From positions 9,998 to 73,997 of IMG/VR virus record IMGVR_UViG_3300014167_000003: DNA of 64,000 nt, one strand, 5' to 3'. A program made the translations under genes and the position numbers. Each line of letters starts with the position of its first letter. Position 1 is the first letter of the stretch. Origin of the DNA: a virus. Its lineage: Duplodnaviria; Caudoviricetes. Shown piece by piece: positions 41,956 through 51,911 of the stretch. The notes beneath the pieces were generated by a model. It saw only the letters and a program-made list of their open reading frames with translations, was not told where the DNA came from and made no database searches.

Positions 41956-44010
41956 CTACCTCCTGCCCGACATGCCGTACCGGAAACGGATGCGGCCAAT
42001 GCGCCAGAACTCGCTCGACGCCGTGCTCTGGATGAAGGCCGACATCAGCCGGTTGCGGAAGCGGATGTTGATGAACTCGGTCGACTGCGTCACGACATAC
42101 GGCCCGTACACGGTCGGCGTGTCGTTCGGGTAGTTGACGCCATAGAACGTGATGGTGACCGACGCGGTCGGCGAGGCCGAGCGGAGCCCGTAGATGAAGT
42201 CGGGAATGATCATGTCGACGAACGGGAAGTCCTGGCCCTCGCTGATCGTCCACCAGCCGGTCTGCACGCCGGGAAGGCTGGCGCCCGTGATCGAGGTGCC
42301 GGTCTCGTGCTGCCAGATCACGCCGTTGGCGTCGGCGCCGATGGGCATGCCGAGGATCGAGACGTCCGTCCAGGCGGTGCGGCTGATCGAGCCGTAGTCC
42401 CACTCGTACTCCTGGCCCTCGATGTGCACCTTGACGTAGCTGTCGCATTCACCCGCCGACGCGGCGGACGGGTAGAGCCACGCCACCTCGTTAAACGCGG
42501 AGTTAACCGCAACGCGGACCTTGTACTGGTTCGCGGAAGAAAGGTTCTGGAAGACCTGGTCCCAGACGCTGCACGGCAGCGGCACGACGCCGTTGGAGCC
42601 GAGCGTGAAGAAGTTGCTGTTGCTCATCCAGTACGGGTTGCCGGAGAGGATGCCGCAGGCGTGCGACGAGACCCAGCCGCAGCCCGTGCCGATCTTGGTG
42701 AAGTTGAAGACGATGACGCCGCCGACGTAGTTCATCGTCCAGACCTCGATGTCGGTCGAGATCAGGCCGAACTGCGGGCATTGAATGCCGCCGACGATCT
42801 GGCTCCCGGTCGAGAACGTGAACGAGCCCGCCGTGGTCTGGTTGGTGACGGCCCAGTTGGTGTAGTCGCCGGCATTGCACCAGCGCACCACCAATTGGTT
42901 CTGCACGCCGGACGACTGCACCGAGCGCCAGGCGACGAGGATCTGCTGCGGCATCGAGACAAAGATGCCGCCATTGAAGAACGGCGCCTCGTTGATCACC
43001 TGGGCGTTCTGGAAACCGAAGTCCGGCGACCACGCATAGATCGGCCCGTTGGTCGGGCACGCCAGAAGGACCTCGCCCCAGTTGTCGACGGTCCAGTCCA
43101 CGGCGGTGATCGGCGTGCCTGGCACACCGGTCTGGCTCGTGCCCGTGCCGAAGCCGCCAGTCCCGAAACCACCCGCGCCGAAGCCGCTGCCGGCGGTCTG
43201 CGGGCCCAGCGTCACGTAGTAGACGATCTGCGCGTGGCTCGTGTTCATGGTCGCCGACGCGGTCGTGCTCGCCTGCGTCACCGAGGTGATGGTGAAGGCC
43301 GTGCTGTCGGTCACGCTGCTGATCTGGTACTTGCCCTGCACGACAATGCCGACGCTCGACCCGCTGCCGACCGTCGTCGGCGCAATGAACTGCTGGAAGA
43401 GGCCGGTCGTCGCCGTGAAGCCGTTATTGGGCAGCGTCACGGTCACGGTCGCCGAGCCGGACGAAATGTTGAAGATCGGCAGGATGCCGCTCGACGCGAC
43501 GGTCGCGGTCGACGCGTACGGAAGGAGGATGGTGTAGACCGTCGAGCCGCCGACCGTATGGATCGGGTACGCGCCGTTGAGCAGGTACGGGCCAATGGCG
43601 ACCGGCGTGTTCAGGTAGATGGTGTTGTAGAGCGACGCGTTCGCGTTGGCGTCGACAATGGTGCAGACCAGGTTGGCGCTGCCGCCGGTCGCCGACGAGA
43701 TCGAGAAGTTCGGCGCCGGGTTGGTGGTGACGGTCTGCGGCGTGATGTCCTGGTAGCTGCCTGCGGTGACCACGCCGAGGTTGCCGGTGCCGGCGATGCT
43801 CAGGTGCTGCGTCCCGGCGGCGTCCTGCCACGGATGGAGATCGCGCACCGTGGAGCCGAACGTGGCGTAGTATTGCGCCCAGCCGCCCACCGTCTGGATC
43901 ATCGCCTCCTTGTACCGGATCAGCTGCGACACCGAGACGCCGGCCGAGTTCGCCGAGAGCGTCTTCTGCGTGTCCACGCCGGGAACGAGCTGCACCGCGC
44001 TCCAGGTCAT
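41956..44010 (-). CDS. Tail nozzle / tail tubular protein B-like
   Basis: 684 aa beta-propeller-like, WGE.LLA, VRW...D...W, GCG...S motifs; podoviral tail position. Confidence 0.8.
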   Translation of the reverse strand: MTWSAVQLVPGVDTQKTLSANSAGVSVSQLIRYKEAMIQTVGGWAQYYATFGSTVRDLHPWQDAAGTQHLSIAGTGNLGVVTAGSYQDITPQTVTTNPAPNFSISSATGGSANLVCTIVDANANASLYNTIYLNTPVAIGPYLLNGAYPIHTVGGSTVYTILLPYASTATVASSGILPIFNISSGSATVTVTLPNNGFTATTGLFQQFIAPTTVGSGSSVGIVVQGKYQISSVTDSTAFTITSVTQASTTASATMNTSHAQIVYYVTLGPQTAGSGFGAGGFGTGGFGTGTSQTGVPGTPITAVDWTVDNWGEVLLACPTNGPIYAWSPDFGFQNAQVINEAPFFNGGIFVSMPQQILVAWRSVQSSGVQNQLVVRWCNAGDYTNWAVTNQTTAGSFTFSTGSQIVGGIQCPQFGLISTDIEVWTMNYVGGVIVFNFTKIGTGCGWVSSHACGILSGNPYWMSNSNFFTLGSNGVVPLPCSVWDQVFQNLSSANQYKVRVAVNSAFNEVAWLYPSAASAGECDSYVKVHIEGQEYEWDYGSISRTAWTDVSILGMPIGADANGVIWQHETGTSITGASLPGVQTGWWTISEGQDFPFVDMIIPDFIYGLRSASPTASVTITFYGVNYPNDTPTVYGPYVVTQSTEFINIRFRNRLMSAFIQSTASSEFWRIGRIRFRYGMSGRR

Positions 44011-44747
44011 CAGGCCCTCGGCGGCGTTGCGGTCGGCGCCGGGATCTTGTCCGACCAGGTGACCGACATGAACTTCTGGCGCAGGCTATCGGTCATCGCC
44101 GACTGCATGAGCTTCGTGGCCTGGTTCTCCCAGCTCTGCGCCATCTGCGGGTTGTCGCTCTGGGCGCCGAAGTCGCGCATGTGGCCCGCCATGAACACCA
44201 TGCCGAGGGCGATCATCAGCTCGGGCAGGTTCTGCGAGAGCCAGGTCGTCGGGTTGGACGCGGACATCGGCGCCGGCCGGATCACGCCGATCACCTCAGT
44301 GCCGTAGGCCTGATCCGGCGTCGGCCCGAAGATGATCTCGGTGTCGGTGATGCGCGCGAAGTACTCCGGCTGTCCGGTGTTGCTCGACGTGGCGGACGGG
44401 TAGATCGCGTCGATCACCGCTTTTGAGGCCGGCGTCAGCGGCACGCGGGTGGCGTAGGACGAGGTGGCGCCGGCCGAGGTCAGGAGGTTCAGGGCCTCAA
44501 TTTCGAGGAGCGTGCCCTGCGTCGTCGAGAGCGCGATGGACTGCACACCCGAGGAGCACGAGACCGAGGTGTCGGTCACGCGCACCGCCGGGAGGTCGAG
44601 TTCGCGGTAGGCGCGGCCTTCGACGTAGTCGATGCAGCCAGGCATGATGCCCTGGAAGTTGTTGTCGCCGGAGACAAGGATCGTCGAACTGATCACCGTG
44701 AGGGTGGCGATCTCGGAGACGAACGATGAGTAGGTCAGACCAACCAT
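44010..44747 (-). CDS. Head-tail adaptor-like protein
   Basis: G.P.YFA...FGP.PD..Y, WLS...PEL. Confidence 0.7.
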   Translation of the reverse strand: MVGLTYSSFVSEIATLTVISSTILVSGDNNFQGIMPGCIDYVEGRAYRELDLPAVRVTDTSVSCSSGVQSIALSTTQGTLLEIEALNLLTSAGATSSYATRVPLTPASKAVIDAIYPSATSSNTGQPEYFARITDTEIIFGPTPDQAYGTEVIGVIRPAPMSASNPTTWLSQNLPELMIALGMVFMAGHMRDFGAQSDNPQMAQSWENQATKLMQSAMTDSLRQKFMSVTWSDKIPAPTATPPRA

Positions 44748-44754
44748 GGGCGCC

Positions 44755-45564
44755 TCAGATGTCGTTCGGAGCAGCGTCGGAGACGTTCAGGATCGCCTGG
44801 GCGATGTAGACCGACGAGACGCCGTCGCCCTGGATGGCGATCTGGTGGTACGGGTACGCGGCGCCGGAGGTTGTCGTCGCCGTGAGCACCTCGCCGACGA
44901 CGCCGAGCGTCGTGGTCGAGTAGATCGTCGTCCAGGTGTTGCCGTCGTAGCTGCCGTTCAGGTAGACGCCCGTCTGCGGTGTCGCGGAATTGAGGAACGG
45001 CTGATCGTTCGGCGCGTAGAGCGTGAAGCTCGAAACGGTGTGCTCCACCGCCGCGACGGTCGACGGGAGCGTGAGCGCAATGCCGCTCGGCTGCGCGTTC
45101 CAGTTCTTGCCGACCGTGTTCTGGTAGCTGCTGTTGCTCACCGCGAGCGCCGCGCTCATCTCGGCGCGCTTATTGGTGACGCCATTGAACGCGGCATCAA
45201 CGCCGCCATTGAGCTTCATGTTGCCGATGCTGCCCGATACCGAGCGCGGCGGGTGCGGCAGGAAGTTGTCGCCCGGGTTGTAGCCGAGCGCCGAGAGCGG
45301 GTTGTCGGCATTGACGTAGTTCTCGGGACGCGGGTCGGCGACCGGCACCGGGTCCATCGGCAGGCGGATGGTGCGCCCGCTCTCCTGCGGCACGTCAAGG
45401 CAGGTGCGGCAGACCTGGATGCGCAGGTTGAACAGGCGCGGCCCCTGCTGCCAGTCCCACTGCCACTGCAGATCGCCCTTGTTGTACATGAAGCCGCAGC
45501 GGTCGCAGATGGCGAGCGCCTGTGGCGCCCGGCTGCTGATCTTGGCGTGACCATGTGGCCGCAT
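44755..45564 (-). CDS. Zn-binding virion protein (CDRCG...C..C...DP.P..DPRP) with beta-sandwich extension
   Basis: CDRCG and CRTC motifs; S/T-rich C-terminus. Confidence 0.7.
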   Translation of the reverse strand: MRPHGHAKISSRAPQALAICDRCGFMYNKGDLQWQWDWQQGPRLFNLRIQVCRTCLDVPQESGRTIRLPMDPVPVADPRPENYVNADNPLSALGYNPGDNFLPHPPRSVSGSIGNMKLNGGVDAAFNGVTNKRAEMSAALAVSNSSYQNTVGKNWNAQPSGIALTLPSTVAAVEHTVSSFTLYAPNDQPFLNSATPQTGVYLNGSYDGNTWTTIYSTTTLGVVGEVLTATTTSGAAYPYHQIAIQGDGVSSVYIAQAILNVSDAAPNDI

Positions 45565-45565
45565 G

Positions 45566-46282
45566 TCAGCGCCTCCAGTAGCCGGTCATGCCGGGCGTGA
45601 CGTAGAGCGGCACCCACTCCGTGTCCTCGGTCGAGGCGATCATCCAGGCCTCATCCCGGTCGGCCTTCCGCAGCTGCTCCTGCTCGGGCCGGTAGATGCG
45701 CGCCAGGCGGTGCGCGAGGTCGGCGGTGATCGCGTCGAAGAACCGCGTCGGCAGCTGGAGGTTCTGCCCGTTGCCGACCGTGGCGTCCTGGATCTGGTTG
45801 GCGGCGTAGTAGAAGAAGTCGTACGGGTACGAGCCATCCGGCGTCAGGTAGAACGTGATGGTCGGCGAGATCTGCCGGTCGAAGAAGTACTGGCTCGGGA
45901 AGCCCTGCGTGTTCTTGGTCGAGATCGCGGCGTACTCGTCGCGCGAGATCGGGAACATGTAGCGGTCGAGCTGCGGGTTGCTGGAATAGCGGATGAAGCA
46001 GGAGAAGATCATCCGCGTCTCGGCCGGCAGCGAGTACGTCGCCGAGCCCTGGACGAGCGGGATCGTCGCCTGCTGGATGGTCCACTGGTTCTGCCCAGGC
46101 ATCGTGTTGAAGCGGACCAGCGCCAGGTTCAGCTCCATGATCGCGCGCTGCATCTGCGTCTGCTGGATCTCGGTCGGCCGGATCTGGATGCGGTCGAAGG
46201 CATTGAGGATGAACTCGCCACCGCTCGGGTTGAAATTGTAAGTGCCCGAGGTGGTCTGAACCGGGTTGAACGGGTTGCTCAT
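45566..46282 (-). CDS. Tail tubular protein A / adaptor
   Basis: ISRDEYA.I..K...GFPSQY.FDRQ, LA.RLA. Confidence 0.75.
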   Translation of the reverse strand: MSNPFNPVQTTSGTYNFNPSGGEFILNAFDRIQIRPTEIQQTQMQRAIMELNLALVRFNTMPGQNQWTIQQATIPLVQGSATYSLPAETRMIFSCFIRYSSNPQLDRYMFPISRDEYAAISTKNTQGFPSQYFFDRQISPTITFYLTPDGSYPYDFFYYAANQIQDATVGNGQNLQLPTRFFDAITADLAHRLARIYRPEQEQLRKADRDEAWMIASTEDTEWVPLYVTPGMTGYWRR

Positions 46283-46563
46283 GAGATCAACCTCAATGTG
46301 CCGGTGGTGGCGGTCGCCTGCCCTGGCGCCGAGATCGAGTAACTCGTGATGCCGAGCGCCGCGACGTTGGTGCCCCAGGTCGCGGTGAAGAACGAGCCGG
46401 ACTGCGACATGCCAATGGTCACGGTGTTCGTGACGATGCTGTTCGACGAATACGGGTAGGTGATGGAGAGCGTTGCCGACGTCGGCACGGTGAGCGTGTC
46501 CGTGGAGTCGAAGAACTCCGCAGTGAACTGCACGGTCGAGCCAAGGGTGACGTTGATCGGCAT
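46279..46563 (-). CDS. Small Ig-like virion protein
   Basis: 94 aa alternating beta strands. Confidence 0.6.
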   Translation of the reverse strand: MPINVTLGSTVQFTAEFFDSTDTLTVPTSATLSITYPYSSNSIVTNTVTIGMSQSGSFFTATWGTNVAALGITSYSISAPGQATATTGTLRLIS

Positions 46564-46583
46564 CGCACGGCTATACCATGCTC

Positions 46584-46597
46584 TGAGGCATTCCTCA
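46584..46597. promoter_or_regulatory. Late-gene dyad within a longer inverted repeat
   Basis: TGAGG-CATT-CCTCA flanked by ACCATGCT/AGCATGGT. Confidence 0.75.
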
Positions 46598-46605
46598 AAG
46601 CATGG

Positions 46606-47685
46606 TCATAGGATCTGGATTGAGACGTGCGCCGAGGTGATAACAGCGACGGCCGAGCCACCGACAACGGTGGAGGCCTGTTCAATTGCGCCCGAGGTGC
46701 CTGCGGTGGCCACCTGCTCCACCACGCCGATCTCGCCGCCCGTGAAGCTCTCCTCGATCACGCCGATCTCGCCGGAGACAACGGTGTTCCAGAAGCGGAC
46801 GCTCTCGACCAGGGTGTCCTTGGTCTCGATGGCCGAGAGCGCCGCGAACGTCGTCGCGGTCGGCCGCAGCTGGCTCGGCCCGGTGTAGAATTGCTGCAGC
46901 CAGGAGCCGAGGCCGATCTTGAGCCGCACGGGCTCGGACAGGTTCGCGAACCACTCGATCAGCTCCTGGAGCGGGATGACGGACGGGTCGGTCGCGAAGA
47001 ACTGCTGCTCCGGCGCCGGCAGGCCGGGCTTGAGCCGCACGGGCTCGGTCAGCCAGTTGTAGTAGGCGAACGAGACGAGCGGCTTGTAGCTGCCGTAGGC
47101 CAAGAACTGCTGCTCGGCGGCCGGCACGCCGGGCTTCTGGCGCACGGGTTCCGAAAGCCAGTCGAAATACGAGAACGTGACAACGGGCTTCTGGTCGCCG
47201 TAGGCGAACGCCTGCTGCAGCTCCGGCCGCAGCCCTGGCTTGATGCGGACAGGCTCCGAGAGCCAGTCGAACCAGGAAATGTTGATAAACGGGAACGGCT
47301 GGGAGAACTCGTACTGGTTGTCGCCCGGCAGCAGCCGCAGCGACACCCGAACCGGGTCCGACAGGTTGTTGAAGTAAGCGAACGAGACGAGCGGGTTGTT
47401 CGGCGCCTGGATCAGCGCCTGCTGGTCGGCAGCGGCCAACCCAAGCTTCGTTTTGACGATTGGCTCGGACCACGCATAGTGCCACGACGCCTCGTCGTTG
47501 CTCGGGTCCAGCGCCTGCGGTATCGGCGCGAAGGCGCCAGATGCGGCCAAGGCGATGGCGAGAGCCGGCGCGATCTTCTGCCGCACGGGCTCGGACCATG
47601 GGAAATGCCACTCGCTTTCGGTCTGAGCCGGGTCACTCCGCGCGAGAACCGGTTCGGTCGTTTGCTGGTACTGAAATCTTAGCAT
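46606..47685 (-). CDS. Tandem-repeat virion protein (WLSEPVR repeats)
   Basis: Seven ~32-aa repeats centred on (W/L)(S/T)(E/D)P(V/I). Confidence 0.8.
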   Translation of the reverse strand: MLRFQYQQTTEPVLARSDPAQTESEWHFPWSEPVRQKIAPALAIALAASGAFAPIPQALDPSNDEASWHYAWSEPIVKTKLGLAAADQQALIQAPNNPLVSFAYFNNLSDPVRVSLRLLPGDNQYEFSQPFPFINISWFDWLSEPVRIKPGLRPELQQAFAYGDQKPVVTFSYFDWLSEPVRQKPGVPAAEQQFLAYGSYKPLVSFAYYNWLTEPVRLKPGLPAPEQQFFATDPSVIPLQELIEWFANLSEPVRLKIGLGSWLQQFYTGPSQLRPTATTFAALSAIETKDTLVESVRFWNTVVSGEIGVIEESFTGGEIGVVEQVATAGTSGAIEQASTVVGGSAVAVITSAHVSIQIL

Positions 47686-47686
47686 T

Positions 47687-48883
47687 TCAGTAGCTCACGA
47701 TCTCTTTCGTGATGATCGGGTCCGCGTAGACCGGGTAGCCGTGGATGTAGTCGGCAACCGTCAGCGTGATCGCCGCCCAGCCCAGCGACATCGAACCGGA
47801 GCTACCTCCGGTCAGATACGCAAAATTGGCCAAATCGCCAGGATTGTACGTATCTGTGTGCGTCGAGTCTTCGAACGCGCCGGTTGTTGACGAGCCGACG
47901 CTGAACGTATTGGCGCCATTGGCGCCGTTCTTCCTGAGCGTAAATGGCGTCGCGCCGTTGACCGAGTTGCTCAGCACATAGCACCGGAAGTGAGCCAGCG
48001 ATCCCATAACGCTAAGCGGAACTTGGACAAGCGACTCGGTCGTGTTTGTTCCACCCCAATCATAGGCCGCATTGCATAGCGGCTGGTATTGCGTGGAAGC
48101 GCTATACGCAATGCCGTTAAGGATGGTCGAAATCTCGCTCGCGGTCGTCGTATGCGAGATTTGGCACGCAAACATGTTGCCTATGGTGCCCCCGGTTAAA
48201 GCCGGGCTAGTGAACCCAAAGCTATCCCCGTTAACAAGCGTGTCCGAGTGCGTCGTGTCCTCATAAATACCCGTCACGCCGCTGGTAGCGGTTACCGTCT
48301 GGTTGCCGGCGGCGCCGTTGTGCCGCGAGGTGCAGGTGAAATTAGCCGTCGTCGAGTTTTGCTGGAGCATCAAAATCATGTGCGACGCCGTCCCGGGCGC
48401 GCGTATCAGTGTCGCGCCTTGTCCCGTCGTGCCACCGACCTGTGCGCCCGCCAACGAATAGTAGCTGACCGTGGAAACGCCACCAGAATAGCCCGTACCG
48501 TGAAGGCTATACGTTCCGCTATCGGCGGACACGACCATCATGAAGAACGGCGTTTCGTAGCCCGTGCCGCTCCCGGTCTGCAGCAGGTTGATCGTGTCGC
48601 CGACCGCAAAATGGATCGTGTTCGTCGTGTGGAAGACGCCAGCGGTGCTGTCGGTCGCGTTAATCGCCACGCCCGTCGAAGTGCTGTTCTGCCTGAGCGT
48701 AAGAGCGCGGCTGGTGCCGTTGGCGTCAAAGGCCGCGTACATGACGACCACGGAACCTGAAAACCGCATGGTACGCGTCGCCTGCGACTCGGTCGATGCG
48801 TTCAACCAGCCGCCGCCCGCAAACACGTAAGTCGGCAGCGTCTGAGGGTACAGGTTCGAGCCGCCAGTGATCGTCGCGGCCAT
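47687..48883 (-). CDS. Tail fibre/receptor-binding protein, three similar beta-sandwich modules
   Basis: TLRQNS.../SRHNGA.../TLRKNGA... each followed by G.(F/Y).......GD; lower GC than flanks. Confidence 0.7.
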   Translation of the reverse strand: MAATITGGSNLYPQTLPTYVFAGGGWLNASTESQATRTMRFSGSVVVMYAAFDANGTSRALTLRQNSTSTGVAINATDSTAGVFHTTNTIHFAVGDTINLLQTGSGTGYETPFFMMVVSADSGTYSLHGTGYSGGVSTVSYYSLAGAQVGGTTGQGATLIRAPGTASHMILMLQQNSTTANFTCTSRHNGAAGNQTVTATSGVTGIYEDTTHSDTLVNGDSFGFTSPALTGGTIGNMFACQISHTTTASEISTILNGIAYSASTQYQPLCNAAYDWGGTNTTESLVQVPLSVMGSLAHFRCYVLSNSVNGATPFTLRKNGANGANTFSVGSSTTGAFEDSTHTDTYNPGDLANFAYLTGGSSGSMSLGWAAITLTVADYIHGYPVYADPIITKEIVSY

Positions 48884-49215
48884 CAGACCACTGCCGAAAT
48901 AAGTGTCGCCGCAATGACCGTCGATGATCCTGGTGTCGCCTGCACGGCGGCCAGCTGCGCGGCGGTGACGTTGTTCAGGATCATCTGGTCGGTCGAGCTG
49001 TACGTGACGAAGGTCCGCCTTGGATCAGCGCCCAGCGCGATCAGCTGGTTCAGAACGACGTTCTTGGCGCGGTTGTGTGCGAGAACGGCGGTCAGGTGAT
49101 CCGAGCTACCTGCAACGGACGAATGCTTCGTGCAGGCATTGATGGTTGCCGTCCAAGTAACATTGGCGTCATACTCGATGACGCAGCCGCACGTATCCGG
49201 TGACCACCGTGTCAT
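48883..49215 (-). CDS. Hypothetical tail-module protein
   Basis: MTRWSPDTCGC...C.KH. Confidence 0.65.
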   Translation of the reverse strand: MTRWSPDTCGCVIEYDANVTWTATINACTKHSSVAGSSDHLTAVLAHNRAKNVVLNQLIALGADPRRTFVTYSSTDQMILNNVTAAQLAAVQATPGSSTVIAATLISAVV

Positions 49216-49217
49216 GT

Positions 49218-49502
49218 TCAGTCCCCATAGGTTCGGATCGCCCTGATCCCATAGGACCGGAGCGCTATGTCCCGCGCCTCCATCCGCTCAAGCTTCTTTT
49301 CCATCGGGTCGCAGCTGCCCGCCTTAACGCAGTCCGGGCAGATCATCTTCATGCAGAGCCGGCACATGCCGCCCAGGTCGTCCGGGTCGCACCTCGGCCG
49401 CACGATGACCACCTTGTTGCAGTGGAAGCAGGTGAACGTGTCCGCTTCCTGCCGCAAGCCGCCCGGGTCGAAGCTGAACGCGTAGCCGCCAGCGCCGTGC
49501 AT
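49218..49502 (-). CDS. Multi-Cys zinc-finger protein
   Basis: CFHC, CRLC, CPDC, C. Confidence 0.7.
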   Translation of the reverse strand: MHGAGGYAFSFDPGGLRQEADTFTCFHCNKVVIVRPRCDPDDLGGMCRLCMKMICPDCVKAGSCDPMEKKLERMEARDIALRSYGIRAIRTYGD

Positions 49503-49503
49503 A

Positions 49504-50031
49504 CTACTGCTCGCTGAAGAGCACCGTGCCGGTGAACGTGCCGGTGTAGCCCGCCGACCGCGCCGAGAGCACGAAGCCGTTGTAGGTCGCCGCCGGATAG
49601 ACCAGTTCGGAGCCCGGCGCCGCGACCCAGCGGTACGAGGCGCGCTGGTTGACACCGACATAAAAGTTCTGGACGCCGAGCGTGCAGGCGGCGGACGACA
49701 CGACGGACGAGTTCACCGCCGCAAACGCCGCAAAGCCGGCGTCGGCGGTGTCCAGCGCCGTCTCGCTCGACACGCTGGAGATCGAGCCCAGCCAGGCCGC
49801 CGAGGAGAAGACGGTGCCACGGTTGACCGCCCACTCGACGTAGTTGTCGGCCGGCGTGCCGTTGGTGCCGATCAGGATGTCGTAGATCTTGCCGCGCCGC
49901 AGGCCGGTGATGGTCGGCGCGTTGGTGATGTTGCCGCTCGACGCGGCCACCAGGATGATGGGCGTGTAGGTGGTGCCCATGGTCACCTGCCCGGTCCAGT
50001 TCGTCGAGTTCGTCAGTGCAAAGTTAGCCAT
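49504..50031 (-). CDS. Virion structural protein
   Basis: Beta-rich, WVA.PG.EL motif; GGAG RBS. Confidence 0.7.
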   Translation of the reverse strand: MANFALTNSTNWTGQVTMGTTYTPIILVAASSGNITNAPTITGLRRGKIYDILIGTNGTPADNYVEWAVNRGTVFSSAAWLGSISSVSSETALDTADAGFAAFAAVNSSVVSSAACTLGVQNFYVGVNQRASYRWVAAPGSELVYPAATYNGFVLSARSAGYTGTFTGTVLFSEQ

Positions 50032-51097
50032 GCTGGCTCTCCGTCGCGGCAGGATCGACCGCGCGCTTGCGGCGCGGCTTGCGAGGCGTCGCGGCGACCT
50101 CGGCGGGTTGAATGTTGTATTGCGGCACGGCCCACTGAGGCTGCGGCGTAAACACCGGCAGGACCTGCGCGGGCCCGGGCATCTCCAATTCGACGATCCG
50201 CTTCTTGAGCTGCGCGTTCTCGTACTGCAGCCGGCCCATGTCGTTGGAGACGCCGGACCAGATGCTCTCGAAGTAGTCGAGGTCCTCCATCGCGCCCTGC
50301 AGGTACGTGATGGAGTTGTTGAGCCGGTCGCGCTCCTGGGTCATGCCGTTGATGCGGCCACCCACCTCCTCGCGCCTGGCCATGATCTTGCGGCCGAAGG
50401 GCGTGCTGTCGACGTAGGCGTACAGAGCCGGGCTCTGCATGATGTCGCTCTCGTGCGGCGCCGACACCTTGATGCCGAGCTTCATCGCCTCACGCTTGAA
50501 ATGGAAGAAGCCGGGACGCTGCCGGATGTACTCGTCGCGGCTCGCCATATCGATGCCGTAGAGCGCGATCTCGGTGGCACCCTGGTCGATGGCCAGCGCC
50601 ATCATCCAGGCGAACGACGAGGTGAAGAACTCGTCGCCGAACTTGGCGACCAGGTAGTCCTTCGGGAACACCGTCGCCCTGGGCACGAGGGTCTGGTCCT
50701 GCATGTAGACCGGGAACGGCTGCACCTTGAGCCACTCGATGTACGGGCGCCCGTAGCTCTCATTCTGCGGCCAGAGGAGGTTCGAGTGCAGCTCGAACCA
50801 GACGTCAACGCGCGGCAGGGTGTTCTGGTTACCCGGCGAGCAGGCCCAGATCTTCCACGAGGGATCGTTATAGGGCGCCAGCATGCGCGACGACGGCGCG
50901 GTGCCGATGAGAGCCACCTTGAGCGGCGCGGACGCGGGAGCGGCGGCCGGAGTTGGGTTATGAGCCGCCCCGGCCGCCGCACCGACCGACGCGGGTGCGC
51001 CATCTTCGCGGGTCGGTTCATGCGCCGCAATGACATGCGGCTGGCCATTGTTGCCGTTGAGGTGTGCCTGCTGAAACGTGGGAGTGAGAATTGTCAT
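50024..51097 (-). CDS. GT29/Maf(DUF115)-like glycosyltransferase-fold protein
   Basis: VALIGTAPSS, W.IW, SSFAWMMALA...GA.EIALYGIDM...EY sialylmotif-like pattern. Confidence 0.6.
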   Translation of the reverse strand: MTILTPTFQQAHLNGNNGQPHVIAAHEPTREDGAPASVGAAAGAAHNPTPAAAPASAPLKVALIGTAPSSRMLAPYNDPSWKIWACSPGNQNTLPRVDVWFELHSNLLWPQNESYGRPYIEWLKVQPFPVYMQDQTLVPRATVFPKDYLVAKFGDEFFTSSFAWMMALAIDQGATEIALYGIDMASRDEYIRQRPGFFHFKREAMKLGIKVSAPHESDIMQSPALYAYVDSTPFGRKIMARREEVGGRINGMTQERDRLNNSITYLQGAMEDLDYFESIWSGVSNDMGRLQYENAQLKKRIVELEMPGPAQVLPVFTPQPQWAVPQYNIQPAEVAATPRKPRRKRAVDPAATESQHG

Positions 51098-51481
51098 TCA
51101 GTTGCCCGTGATGGTGCCAGCCGTCACGGCGACCGTCTGGCCTGCGGTGATGCTGTTGGTGGGTGAGATGATGATGTCGGCAGGGCCCGGCGGCGTGTTC
51201 ACGGTCAGGCCGTAGATGACGATGTTGCCGTTGCTGTCTTCGAACCTCGCCGCCGCCGCCTGGCCGCTCAATGCGGCCGAGGGATCGATCAGCGAGAGGC
51301 CATTGAGGGTCATCGCGCCATTCGCGGCGGTCCAGCTCGGGCGTGACAATTGCAATGAGGAGAGGATGTTGCCGCCGGCATCGAGCAAGCGCATGTAGCC
51401 ATTGCTGGCGCCTGCATCGATGGCGTTGATCACCTGCTGCAGCCTGTTGGTCAGAACGGTGACGCTGTAGTCGACGGCCAA
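51098..51481 (-). CDS. Virion structural protein
   Basis: TTG start; G.AAAARF.DS.G. Confidence 0.7.
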   Translation of the reverse strand: MAVDYSVTVLTNRLQQVINAIDAGASNGYMRLLDAGGNILSSLQLSRPSWTAANGAMTLNGLSLIDPSAALSGQAAAARFEDSNGNIVIYGLTVNTPPGPADIIISPTNSITAGQTVAVTAGTITGN

Positions 51482-51502
51482 GACAAACCCCTAGCAAAGG
51501 TC

Positions 51503-51516
51503 TGAGGAGGTCCTCA
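51503..51516. promoter_or_regulatory. Late-gene dyad
   Basis: TGAGG-AGGT-CCTCA. Confidence 0.75.
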
Positions 51517-51538
51517 TAGCATCAATGCAATTGCGCGT

Positions 51539-51895
51539 CTATCCGATGCCGACCTGCAGCGCGGTCAGCGAGACGACGGCGCCAGACGACGCGGTGACGG
51601 TCAGCCGCCAGGCCGCGATGGGCGTGGTGATGCTGGTGTAGAAGTTGGTGTAGCCGGACGACGTCGCGGGATAGGTCGAGAAGATCGTCACGCCGGAAGA
51701 GTTCGGGTAGATGCCCGTCGAGTTCAGGAAGGTGAAGGTCGGGTCCTCGACCGTGTAGTCGATCTGGAAGGTGGTGAGCGAGGCGCCGGCCGTCACGGCG
51801 CTGAAGCCGATGTTCATCGGCGCCGTCACGTGCCAGTTCGTGAGCTTCCACGGGCTCGAACCAGACGAGTTCAATGTGACGGTGATCGGCTGCAT
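51539..51895 (-). CDS. Virion structural protein
   Basis: S/T-rich beta protein; ..P..AWRL.V. Confidence 0.7.
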   Translation of the reverse strand: MQPITVTLNSSGSSPWKLTNWHVTAPMNIGFSAVTAGASLTTFQIDYTVEDPTFTFLNSTGIYPNSSGVTIFSTYPATSSGYTNFYTSITTPIAAWRLTVTASSGAVVSLTALQVGIG

Positions 51896-51911
51896 CTCGG
51901 CCCTTCAGGCC

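Noticed and set aside
46606-48883. Diversity-generating retroelement acting on tail genes
   Set aside because: No reverse transcriptase and no adenine-specific TR/VR pair seen in the window.
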